From assembly GCA_046563655.1 (NCBI GenBank), contig CM102285.1:4898001-4962000 (forward strand): 64,000 nt of DNA, in the 5' to 3' direction. This DNA comes from Yuukianura sp. NJ FZ-2021. Lineage: Eukaryota. Each line of letters opens with the position of its first letter. Positions within the stretch are counted from its first letter, which is position 1. The position numbers were made by a program, and so were the translations under genes. The notes under the pieces were generated by a model. It saw only the letters and a list, made by a program, of their open reading frames with translations, did no database searches and was not told the origin of the DNA. Below are positions 1-10,915 of the stretch, one piece after another.

Positions 1-100
1 CGGCCGCCGAAGCTCGACGTAGCAGTCCCGTACTCCCTCAAAACCCGTAACCTGAGAAGTCGACCTTGGCGCGTGGAGGGTTTTAACCCTCCACTACTTC

Positions 101-2105
101 ATGCCTACTCTTTTTCTAGCTTTGATGTGTATTGCAACAATGATCACTGGAGCAAATGTACAGGAAACAGAAATGGAACTTAAACTTTCAAATGGAATTT
201 TGGAAAAAAAGTTAAACGAAGGGGGTACAAAGAAACGTTCCCTCTATTATTCGAAGCGAATTTGCCCGGAAATCAAGAATTCAACTTCCAAGAAAAACCC
301 GAAGACCCACTCCAGAAACACATGCAAGACGCCCTGCAATGCATGAACTCATGGATGAAGCCGCCGAACCTGCATTTCGAGGAAGTTTTTTAAAAGACTC
401 GGAAGTGTTCAAAACGACAACTGAATTTCATCGTGGGACTTCTACCACTGGTGTTGTGGAGTGATCGCTCAGTACGAACTACTACAAATTCAACAGGAGG
501 ATAGGAGACTGGAAGGATTGGCAGCAAACTTTAAGACTAACTTAGACCAGGATCATGCTGACATTGTCAGAGTGATGCAGATCGTCAGCAATTTTAGCAT
601 GAATGTGGAGTTGGAAATGGTGGAACATCAGCAGCGCATCAACACCAAATCAGCTCGGCTCGCCAAAGACAATGAAGCACTGGGAAGGACGTTGACTCAT
701 CACACCAAAAACTTCATTTCACTTATAGGGGCTCTTCAGAAGATCACCATCACCGGGACCAGGAGAAGCAGCATCATGGACTGCAGGGAGGGTTATATTC
801 CCAATCTACTAGTGACCCCAGAAGTTCTATAAGCAGAGGTGGAGATGTTGACAACGAAGGTCAAAGCTTTCCACATGGAACCAGTAATCAGAAGTTCCCT
901 AACGCACCTTTACTACGAGCGAAAAATCGCCAAATGTTCGTATTCAAAATCTAAACTGGTCGTCATAATCTGGGTACCATTGAAACCAATTGGGGGCTGA
1001 TACGAATTTTACGAGCTGACTCCAACGCCATACCTGTTTCATAGGAGCATTTGCCAACTGAACCTGGAAGTGACAAAGTTAGTCAAGAACAATGGAAAAT
1101 TAATTCTAATTCCAGAGAATCACAAAAGTGGTTGTGACCTACCGAAGGAACATTTATACCATGTGATCTGCCCCGACAAAGATGATTCAACCAAGCTGTG
1201 CAGCCGCCTTAATGGAGGAGTAAAATTACATAGAACTTAACAACAAGTGTTTACTTAAGTACGCAGATCACGACGGAGTTACAAGAATCACTGCGGTGGC
1301 GCGAAACAGATACAAGGTCATCAACACAAACGAATCGCTAAAAATCAAATGCGCTGATTCGGAAGAAACGTAGGAGAAAATGAGCGATGTAGGAGTACGG
1401 TGGACGCAACTACACTGTCATTTCGCAGTCTACGGAGAAGATGGCAGGAGACTGATACCCGCCCATTTCCCATGTACCACCATGGAATCGGTCGACCTAA
1501 TCCATCATGATATTCCGCGCATTTGGGCAAAGCCGATGGACCCAGCAGTCAAGGACCTAAGCAACGACAATCTTTCAGACATCCTGTACCAGAATTGCAA
1601 CCACCAAACTAACCACCTAAACTTGACTGCCACATCGCCACCGAAACCAGTGACAGTAGAATCCATGCCATACTTTGAAGCGGTGACTCATTACACCTTC
1701 CTGGGAAACGTCACTAACCTCCTAATTCTCGTATGGGAGGTATGGGTGACATGGACATTGATGAAACCTAACTGGATGACTCTACTAGCAGCCTGTCCGG
1801 GAGTAGGTCACTCAGACGACGCGCACTTAGCTGTCGAAATTGCGGACGATTTAATTCCGATGCTGATCTGAATCACGATGGTGCTCTGCTTCATTAGCTT
1901 ATTTGTCAAGTTGGGTAGCATGAGAAGGAACCGGACAGGAATTTGAGAGGCCCCACCGCCACCATCGGCCCCACCCGGTCGTTACCGACCAAGGGCACAA
2001 GCGCCTGCTCTAACTCAATTTCAACCTAACCTAAATCGGACGAGTCTTATTACAGAAGAAGACGATCTAAACCCAAGGAATGGAACTGCCCGAGACTTGA
2101 ATTGA
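101..2105 (+). pseudogene. Intronless viral envelope/class I fusion-type glycoprotein gene, disrupted
   Basis: Manual translation across frameshifts (~222, ~390, ~440 and later) and in-frame stops (830, 998, 1869, 1944) gives a signal peptide MPTLFLALMCIATMITGA, then KLSNGILEKKLNEG/GYKETFPLLFEANLP. A basic site SKR|QLNFIVG..FYHWCCGV follows, then a heptad-like helix, DCREGYIPNLLVTPEVL, YYERKIAKCS..LVVIIWVPL..YEFYELTPTPY, a Cys-rich region, two hydrophobic segments and a Pro-rich tail. The layout matches baculovirus F/errantivirus Env. Confidence 0.75.
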
Positions 2106-2265
2106 ACATGGGACATGGGAACTGCACTACTCAAAATTTAATTAATTTACACTTAAAGAATGAATGAGTCCAAACTTATAACTTAATACGTTAGAAAAAA
2201 AATTACAATGTTTCGTTCTAATTCTCGTTTTGTTAAGGAAAATAAACACCATCCAGATCTAATCA

Positions 2266-2523
2266 CTACTCTGCAATTACACCTCTCACATACACGCGGA
2301 ATCCAGGAAGGGGTGAAGGGAGAAAGCAGGCTCCTACAAAAGAACGGGCGGTAGCAGGTCCGGCATTGCCCCCTGGGGGTACTGACCTAGCGCTGCTACC
2401 GCCAGGTTCCTCCCGGGCACGGTCAACGGTAAGGATTGCCGCAAGGATCAAATTCTCATCATCATTCACGCATTTGTCCAGGATCAAAAAATCGTTAACC
2501 GGATCCTTCCATTCGATGAGATC
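2266..2523 (-). pseudogene. Possible terminal exon of an orphan gene converging on the env pseudogene
   Basis: Polypyrimidine tract plus AG acceptor (ttgttccttatag) precedes the open frame DLIEWKDPVNDFLILDKC...VIAE*. No recognisable domain and no intact upstream exon. Confidence 0.25.
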
Positions 2524-2751
2524 TATAAGGAACAAAACAGTTTTCTTTCTAGAATCGAAAGTTTTATTGTATAAAATGTGACAAATAATTTATTGTAAAA
2601 CTTATCTGATGGGATCTGCAAGGTGTAAAGTAGACCGAATTAGTATATATTAGTTAGTAGAATTTCAACATCGAACTAAGTAGGAATTTGGTGTAATTAA
2701 TACAACCCTGCCAATCATGATGACAATTATCACCCACGATTTTCTCCCTAC

Positions 2752-3050
2752 ATAAAATTTTTGAAATTCTGAACCAATTTTTTTCAAAAAATGGGAATTT
2801 GATGAAAACACCCTAAATTACGTTTTTCGAACGTTTTTTGATTTTTTCCGACAAATTTCAATTTTTCTGAATTTCTTGAACTGAAAATTGCTGTTTTTGG
2901 GCTAGATTTGAGCTTTTCTGACAAAGGAACTCAATTTTTACAGCGGTATAAAATTTTTGAAATTCTGAACCAATTTTTTTCAAAAAATTGGAAAATGATG
3001 AAAACACCCTAATTTACGATTTTCAAACGATTTTGAATTTTTTGCACAAA
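2752..3050. repeat. Imperfect direct duplication of ~100 bp, period ~196 bp
   Basis: ataaaatttttgaaattctgaaccaatttttttcaaaaaa..g..aa..tgatgaaaacaccctaa occurs at ~2752 and ~2948. Confidence 0.85.
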
Positions 3051-3164
3051 CGTATTGAACGTGAAAATTCCACGTCGCCAATTGTGCCACCCTTGGCCAT
3101 GTGCTAAAAGGCAAATCGACGAACAGATTTTATGCGCACGACAACTATAGGATTCTGACGCCAT

Positions 3165-4300
3165 ATTCGGTCGCACGTGAAATTTCACGTCGCGGATGGT
3201 GACATCCGCAAATTTTCGCGTCGCGCGAGGCGACGCGAATTTTCACAGAAAATGCAAATTTGATGCTCAGTTGCATTACGGCGACACATACAGCGATGGG
3301 ACGCGATTTCCGGTCGCGCGTGAAATTTCACGTCGCGAATACCGACATCCGCGAAATAGGTCAAAAACTAAAAACCGATGTCGGCAGGTGTTATGTGTGA
3401 CAACGGAATTGATCCTAAGCCGTTTCTAGTCGCACGCGAAATTTCACGTCGCGTACGCCGCGAGTGGTGAATTTTCGCGTCGCGCCTGGCGCCTCGAATT
3501 TGGTAGAAAATTGCCCATTTGTTACTCAGCTGTACTCACGGCGACACCAACAAGGATGCGACGCCATTTTCGGTCGCACGTGAAATTTACGTCGTTGTAC
3601 GTCGCGAACGGTGATATCAGCGTTTTTTACGAAAATGCGCATTTGATGCTAGACACGTTCAGAGCGTACCTGTGGTATTGTGAAGCCATGCTTCACTGAC
3701 GCGAATTTTTGCGTCGCGGATGGCTACGCGAATTTTCCCTCTCGCGACGCAAAATTTCGCGTACGACCGGAAATGGCGTCGCATTTCTGTTGGTGTCGCC
3801 TTCAGTACAGCTAACAAAAAGGCAATTTTCTGTAAAAATTCGCGTGTCGCCAGGCGCGACGCGAAAATTCACGACTCGCGGCGTACGCGACGTGAAATTT
3901 TGCGTGCGACTGGAAACGGCTTAGGATCAATTCCGTTGTCACGCATAACACCTGCCGACATCGGTTTTTAGCTTTTGACCTAGTTCGCAGATGTCGCCAT
4001 TCGCGACGTGAAATTTCACGCGCGACCGGAAATCGCGTCCCATCGCTGTGAGTGTCGCCGTAGTAGCGACTGAGCATCAAATTTGCATTTTCTGTGAAAA
4101 TTCACGTCGCCTCGCGCGACGCGAAAATTCGCGGATGTCGCCATCCGCGACGTGAAATTTCACGCGCGACGGGAAATCGCGTCCCATCGCTGTGGGTGTC
4201 GCCGTAGTAGCGACTGAGCATCAAATTTGCATTTTCTGTGAAAATTCGCGTCGCCTCGCGCGACGCGAAAATTCGCGACGTGAAGTTTCACGTGCGACAT
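3165..4300. repeat. CpG-rich inverted-repeat block built from ~120-145 bp units with palindromic cores
   Basis: Arms ~3167-3595 and ~3750-4165 are reverse complements (ORFs 3196+ and 3811- give near-identical peptides). An extra 144-bp tandem copy follows (4008 vs 4152). The core ACGTGAAATTTCACGT is a perfect palindrome at 3175-3190 and degenerate elsewhere. Confidence 0.9.
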
Positions 4301-4869
4301 GAAATAACGCCGGAGTAAAAATTTTCCAAAAAAAAAAAAATTTTTTTTTAATTTTTTTTTTTAATATTTTAATTTAAAAAAATATGGACGTTTTTGCCAA
4401 AATCGTTCTTGGGGACAATCGTCATTCTTGGTGATAATTGTCATTTGGTTTTGGACGGCATGCAGTCTGGGAGTATGGTGAGGGTAGGAGTTAACTTCCT
4501 TCTGTTACACTTCACTTTTGTTTCTTTTGTTTGTAAAGTTTTTGTAGACGCCTGCTCATCCATATAGTTAGTATAGTATTGGGTTTGGGGTAAGATGAGA
4601 TGATGAGTTATCCTGCGTGAGAGTTAGTCTGGTTTTGGTGTTAGAGGAGGAGGAAGAAGAGATGTACAGAGTATCAGATTAGTTATTAGTTGTATTTTTC
4701 AGTTGTTTCATATTACTTTCTTCAGTTTATTAAATATATTTTATATATTTAACCGCTGATGTGGTTTCAGTGTTTTGGTGAGTTTTGGTCTTTCGTTAGT
4801 TGTTGGATCTGCTGGTCAGCGATGAGGGTCTGAGGGCGTGGCTGATTATGTTTTTTTTTTTGTTTGCAG

Positions 4870-6180
4870 GACACCGTGTCCAGTGTGTTATGCTGGTGTC
4901 AAAACTATGGACGAACAAGTTGATGGGCGGAGAATCGACTTCTCCGCCCATGACGGGGCTTATGTTTTTGGCGAAAACCAGAACACTAGGTTAGTGCGTT
5001 TTGTAGAAATATTATTATCATAAAATATTTTTGAATTTTTTTAAAATAGTTATATGTTTTTTTTGTTTCAGTGCTTTTATCTGTGAGATTCGGACAGTGC
5101 TCAATGATATTCAAGGGAGGGTGGCATCTTTGCCAATGCAAAACGCAGCGTGAATTTTTTTTTCTGGTCGTACATGTTCTGAAATCTTTTGTAAACAAAG
5201 AATAATTTTTGTTTTGTTTTTTTGCTAAATTTTTAGAGCACGTAGAGCTGCCGAAGTAGAATGTGGTTCTGCCCAGAAGACTCGGGTCATCATTCAGCTC
5301 CAATTGGGGCTGGAGAAAAAAGAGAATGAACTTAAATCCCAAACACAGTCGTGGTAAGTTTCACAAAAAAAAAGAATAAGTAGGTTTTGTCGCAATTTGA
5401 TTTCGACACGTTCCACTCTAGTTTTTTTTTTGCTTTTTGTTTTTTGCAGGGAAAAAACTTTGGAATGCAATATGAACGGCATGAATCTGCGACTTTCAGC
5501 ATTCAAGAACCGAGTTGAACAGTTGAGTGCAAGGCTTTTGGAATCCGAAGCTCAGGTTCATGCAGAGAAGATTCGTTTGGCTCAAGGGCAGTACTTCAGC
5601 AGCAGCGAGAATGGACACTTTGCAACGTCACCAGTAACCAGAATCTTGTTCGTCGTACGGCCAACGAATATTCGACTTACAAGAACAAGTAGGTAATGCA
5701 CGGGATTCTGCATATTTTGCCGAAGCTAGGGCGTCAGCGGATGACCGCAGTCGGCAGGAAGCCGTCGATGAACTTGCTCGCTTGAGGTCGGAGTTTGCCA
5801 GCATGACTTTCAACAGGGAGTTTCAACCAGCAGCAAATGGACCGTCAGCTTCGGTGACGTCAGGTGTGGGAGATGGAGCGGGTGCGGCAGCGGAGGGAGC
5901 TGGAGTGAGTGGTTCGGGAACCGAAGCGGGTGCTTCGGGAACCGGAGCGGGTGCTTCGGGAACCAGAGCGGGTGCTTCGGGAGCCGGAGCGGGTGCTTCG
6001 GGAACCAGAGCGGGTGCTTCGGGAGCCGGAGCGGGTGCTTCGAGAACCAGAGCGGGTGCTTCGGGAGCCGGAGCGGGTGCTTCGAGAACCAGAGCGGGTG
6101 CTTCGGGAGCCGGAGCGTGTGCTTCTGGAATCGGCGCTAAATTGAATAAAAAAAGTTCATTTTTACCTTCCTCCAAGGAA
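4870..6180 (+). pseudogene. Multi-exon orphan gene with CxxC, coiled coil and Gly/Ala repeat; frameshifted
   Basis: GT-AG bounded exons ~4870-4989 (TPCPVCYAG..), ~5072-5149, ~5238-5353 and ~5450 onward (MNLRLSAFKNRVEQLSARLLESE..). A frameshift between ~5590 and ~5680 is needed to reach ..AVDELARLRSEF. No homologue recognised. Confidence 0.45.
5912..6132 (+). repeat. 21-bp minisatellite, ~10 copies (GCGGGTGCTTCGGGAACCAGA-type)
   Basis: Directly visible; translates as GAGASGT/VLREPER on + and PEAPAPA on -. Confidence 0.95.
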
Positions 6181-6797
6181 GGTCAACAAACTTGTAGTGT
6201 GTTTTTTTTTATTTTAGGCCTAAAAGGCCTGTTTTCACTACAACTTTCTGAGTTTATTTTGAATAGAGTTTCAAAGTAGTTGGTTAACGTTCGTTCGGTA
6301 ATTTCTTACCTCAGAAAGTGGTGTGGGGAGGTATCCCCAAAACCCCTCTAGCCTTCGTGGTTCCCCGTACTCCTCCGCTCCTGTACTCCTCCGCTTCTTC
6401 TGGCAGTTGCATCATCATCTTCTTCTTCCTCCTCCATCTTCTCTGGACGCAGTCGTCCACAACATCTCACAAGGAGAAGACCTCGTCACTCCAGTTCCCA
6501 GTAGCAGCCATCTTCTTTCTTCGTGTCTGGACACGCTACTGCCTCTATTGACCCGGACTTGACCTCTCCTGGACTTCCTGGACAGACCAGGAATACCTGG
6601 TTGATCCGACCAGGACCTCTCGACGCTTCCACTGCAAATTCATTGGCTATCCATACGTAAACGTATCTTTACTTTATTCAAATAAACTAATTGATCATTG
6701 TAGCCGTGTGTCCCACCGTCCCACCATTTATTGCTGTCGAGTGGCCTTTGAGCCAGTCGTCGGGAAAGTCATCCGACTTCCCCTCAGTGGGAAGAAA

Positions 6798-7647
6798 TGT
6801 AGGATAATTGAGTGTTTCATTTTTAGTGTTTTAGATTTCTGTTTGGTAGGAAGTGAGATATTTTGAGCGCGATTTTCTCTTTCTAGTTTCTTAAATTTAA
6901 AATAGGCTTTTGCGCCTGCGCTCAAGTTTTCTCACCTCGAGGTGTTAAGTTTTTAGTAATAAGATACAAGAAGTAACAAGATTAAGTACATGAAGTAAGA
7001 AGAAACTGTAAGAGTTGAATTAATCGGTTTTGATTAATTAAAGCAACTAAAAATCGTTCAGCCACAGTTTTGTAGTTTTGAGTCCGTCTATCAGTCACTC
7101 GTCATTAGTCAGTTTACTCCGGCCAGTTAATTTGTTGGAACTTTGAAAAGAGCAGGAAACGGTTAGTTTTCGTTCGACTTTTCTACAGAAGGAGCAAAAG
7201 TTTACTGCTGAACTGTTCGAGCAGGACTGGATGCCGACACACTTACTCTGGTCTCACTGCATTTGATGAACTGTTTTGAAAAAAATAAACAAAATTGAAA
7301 AGTCGTTCCCAAGTGACCCGGGTTGAAGGTCACAGAATTATTCCCATTGTGTCCACAATCGTAAAGTTAACTTTTGTATTAAATAAATGTTCGATGAGTG
7401 TTTGAAATGTTGAAACGTGATAAGAAGTGTTAACCTTCAAAGATTTCTAACGCTTTGGAGGTTTTGTTTTTGCCTCTGAATTGCTATGTGCAATAAATGT
7501 GAAAGCGATATGGGCAATAAATCGGGATCTCTGGATCCCTTAAGTTATGAACTTCACTCACTTATTCTTTGATCGTGATGCATGCGTAGACCATGACACT
7601 GGAATCAGTCTCATCTCAGATTCTAAGTAGTATAGGTTTACATTACA
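6798..7647 (+). mobile_element. Possible LTR-like segment
   Basis: Begins TGTAGG just after purine run GGGAAGAAA, contains AATAAA signals and ends ..TTACA. It is followed by TTTGGTGCAAAAACC, which weakly resembles a tRNA-Phe primer site. No second copy and no TSD. Confidence 0.3.
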
Positions 7648-8397
7648 TTTGGTGCAAAAACCACGATGCCAGGAAAAAAATGGCAGACTATGAAGTCTGA
7701 ACGCAAAACAAAAGAAAGAATGGGGGTGTTTCACGTAAGTTATTTTTTTTTTTTTGAAATATTTGTACTAAATAGTAATTATACATCTCGAAACTATATG
7801 ATTCAGGTGCCGGGTACCTCTCGTGACAATCCGACGGGAAGGGGCTGCCAAAAAAACCAAACAAAGGAAATAAGGTTTGATTATTTCCTATTATTTCTGA
7901 TTGGCGCAAGGTTTCATTTCCTGTTAGTACCTTACGCATACAGTTTAGGTTAGTCGTACGCGTGTCTTTGTGTAAAAGACTGTACGCCGGAGATTAAAAT
8001 ATGTGGAGGTGGATGCGTTTTACTTTATAAATTGAATTCCACATACCGTTCTAAAGATCATGAAAGTGCGCATGCGCCATTGACGTTCCAAGGCTTTTTT
8101 GTTACGCGCTTTCACTTTCTACGCATAAATTAGTTGCCAATATAAAACAATATATATTTACAACAATGTAACACTGAATCATAAAAAGGCCACAAAAAAT
8201 GAAAATTAAGTTAATTTGAATTTGATAATAAAATAGTTAATTTGAAGTCAAATTTTAAAATTAACTGTTTTGCTTTCCAAATGTGAAAATGACATGGTTC
8301 CTTGAACGCATCAATTAGGTTTAGCTGAGATTGTATTCCTTTTAGGTTCTAGAACAGGGTACAAATACCGGAAATAAATATATGTATCTATTTTCAG

Positions 8398-8769
8398 AAA
8401 TATACAAATCCGTTTCGCAAAATGAGATCGGACAAAAATGCCCAACGCTGGCAACGGTGGGCGCTCGAGCAATATGACCAGGTTATAATGTTTGGGACAT
8501 GTTCCTTTTGTTTTTTCAAGATTTTTCAAATTAACTAACCCAGGTGTGTTGTTAATTTTTAGCGGATTGATATGGGTGAAGACGAAAAAAATGTGGCTCC
8601 GAGGCGGATGCGCAGGAGAATGGAAAGGGATAGGAAGAGGGAGAAAAAAAATAGTAAAGAATTCAAGCGTATTTTACAAGAAAGGAAAACACACCCTAAA
8701 AAACAAAAGGGGCTTGAAGAGAAACATAAACAAACTAAGAAGAAATTCAAACCGCTTGAATTCGTGTAG
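8398..8769 (+). CDS. Small, very basic orphan protein (last two exons)
   Basis: Exon 8398-8481 (KYTNPFRKMRSDKNAQRWQRWALEQYDQ) splices in phase 0 to ~8563-8769 (RIDMGEDEKNVAPRRMRRRMERDRKREKK...FKPLEFV*). It converges on the helicase 3' end. Confidence 0.5.
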
Positions 8770-8920
8770 AAGCCAATCAATTTCAAATATCATTTTCAGC
8801 AATATCAAAATTTTGAAATCAACTCTAGGATTTATTCAATAATTTTTTTTTCATTTGTTATTGGCAAAAATTGACAACTAATGAAATACTACCAAGCACT
8901 TACACTTCATACATGCCTCA

Positions 8921-10564
8921 TTACATAGTCATTTGTTTACAAACACATGAATTGCTACAAACGTCGCAGCATGTGCAATAATTGCATTGGCATTCAGGGC
9001 CACATAATTTGGTGCAACGTACTCTTTTCTCTCCATCAGCCTTGTCGTAATTGAAAAAATGTTTTAATATAGCTGACCGGATACACTCTGAAGAATGAAA
9101 CTGAAATGTAGATTTTCTAAGGTAGTACGCTCGAGTTTTGAACGTGTAAATCACCGCAACTGCTGTTGCCGAATCCCTTCCTGCTCTTCCAATTTCCTGT
9201 TGAAAATTTTGAAAATTAGATATTATTAATTCAACTTAAAGATATATATATTATTATCATATTATTTACACCTCCCATCCCATTCACTTATTACCTGCCA
9301 TGATGCTAGAGCATCGAGCGGAAGTCCCCAAAGCAAAATTCTTCTTATGTCTGTAATATCTATTCCCATTCCAAAAGAAATTGTAGAAATAAGGATTTAG
9401 CATTCTGTTCCCCTAAACAAAGACATAATTATCTCCTTGGTTGCCGCGTCGATTGACCCACTGTACATCATGAAGCGGTAGTTGTTAAAGTCCCCTCTCG
9501 TCGTCACTCTATCAGTCTCACCCAAGTTTTCCCACAAGAAGTAGAAAATTGCGATTACTTCAACGTAAGAATCACAAAAAATTAACGTCTTTGGAACACG
9601 CCCATTATTAAGATCGTTTACTAGAAACCGCAATTTTTCGTAGTCTTTCTTTCCCTCAATGCATCTCAGATATATATTTGGTCTGAAACAAACCCAAATA
9701 GAAAAAAAATTGTCTTCTTTTACAAATGTTGGATTTACCTGTCCGGATTTCTTGTAATTATTGCCAACTTCTCATTAATCAAACTACACTTTTCTTTAAT
9801 GCATTTAAGCATTGTTGAAGTTGTTGTTGCTGTCAGGCATATCATTGGTGCCTTTGTGAAGCTGCGTAGCATTGACAGAGCAGAGTAAGCTTTGCGGAAT
9901 GGTGGGTTTTTGGCAGAGCTACATCCCCTGCAAAAGAATACTTCAGGTTATGTCCGTTTCTTTTCGAAAAACACTAATTAACCAGGTTTTTCTTACCATG
10001 TGCTTACAACATGGACCTCATCTACTACTAGTAGTTTAGGAGCAAACTTCTGAAAAATGGATGTCAAGGCGTTGCTCATTTGGAAAACTTCTGGTGCGAA
10101 GAGCAGAAAGGTTGGCACGGTGGCATTTTTAGCGTCTAACAATTAATTCATATTTAATTTTTCTTAATACTATCAATTTTGAAATACTAAATTTATATTC
10201 AACGTAAGATTTGAATAACGTTGGTGTTTTTCAAATTACCAGCTTCAAGTCTTTCCTCAGAGTACGTCGCAGTTGTATAAATAAACGCTTTGAATCCGTA
10301 GTATTCCAGACGATTACCCATGTCCTTCATCAACGACTCCAGTGGCAGGACTACAAACGTCACTGGATTGATAATTGCTGGCTTCATCATCAAAGGGGCA
10401 ATAATAAACGGAAGCGTTTTCCCAGAGGATGTTGGGGATATTAGCAAGACATCCTTCCCTTCATACAAGGCCCTTAGCGTTTCCAACTGAAAGTCTTTCA
10501 GGTGTTCTGGTAAATTGGAATATTTTTTTGACAAATCACCGTAGACGCTAATAATCTCTTCCAT
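8921..10564 (-). pseudogene. Minimal RecQ-family SF2 helicase, 5 exons, 439 codons, one in-frame TAA (AcademH-type architecture)
   Basis: Exons 10564-10240, 10135-9997, 9927-9739, 9682-9295 and 9196-8921 splice in frame. Motifs: LKDFQ, SPTSSGKT, VVLPLESLM, VVDEVH-VVSTWG..FRKAY, LTAT, NPDRPNI, LIFC, STISFGMGID, QEIGRAGRD, CIRSAILKHF..CTCCDVC. Premature TAA at 9397-9399. No winged-helix/HRDC or N-terminal extension. Confidence 0.93.
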
Positions 10565-10915
10565 TTTCTTTCAAACTTTAGCCAAGCTACACTAATTTTA
10601 CTTCAGGTAGGAATCATTTAAGTAAGTTATAAAACTTCGTTTTTTGGATGGTTGCCAAAACTTCTTCAATTCCAGTGTCCTACTTTTGTGATGACTAACC
10701 ACACTCTGTGATTTCACCTGCCTCGAAGCAGCTGCATAGACGTGACACATCGATCACACCACTTCAAAATCGGACGCCTGGTCGCTGATTGGGCGACGCA
10801 CCTCCGAAGAAGCTCTCAACAGCTTCCAACGTCGCTCTCCCTGGTAAGACGCCTGAGGTTTCAGTTTATTTCCAGACACCGACAGATACGCAGCATGTTA
10901 GAATCATCCAGAAAC

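Noticed and set aside
8921..10564. Assigning the helicase to BLM, WRN or RECQL
   Set aside because: It lacks their extra domains and is highly divergent, so no symbol is given.
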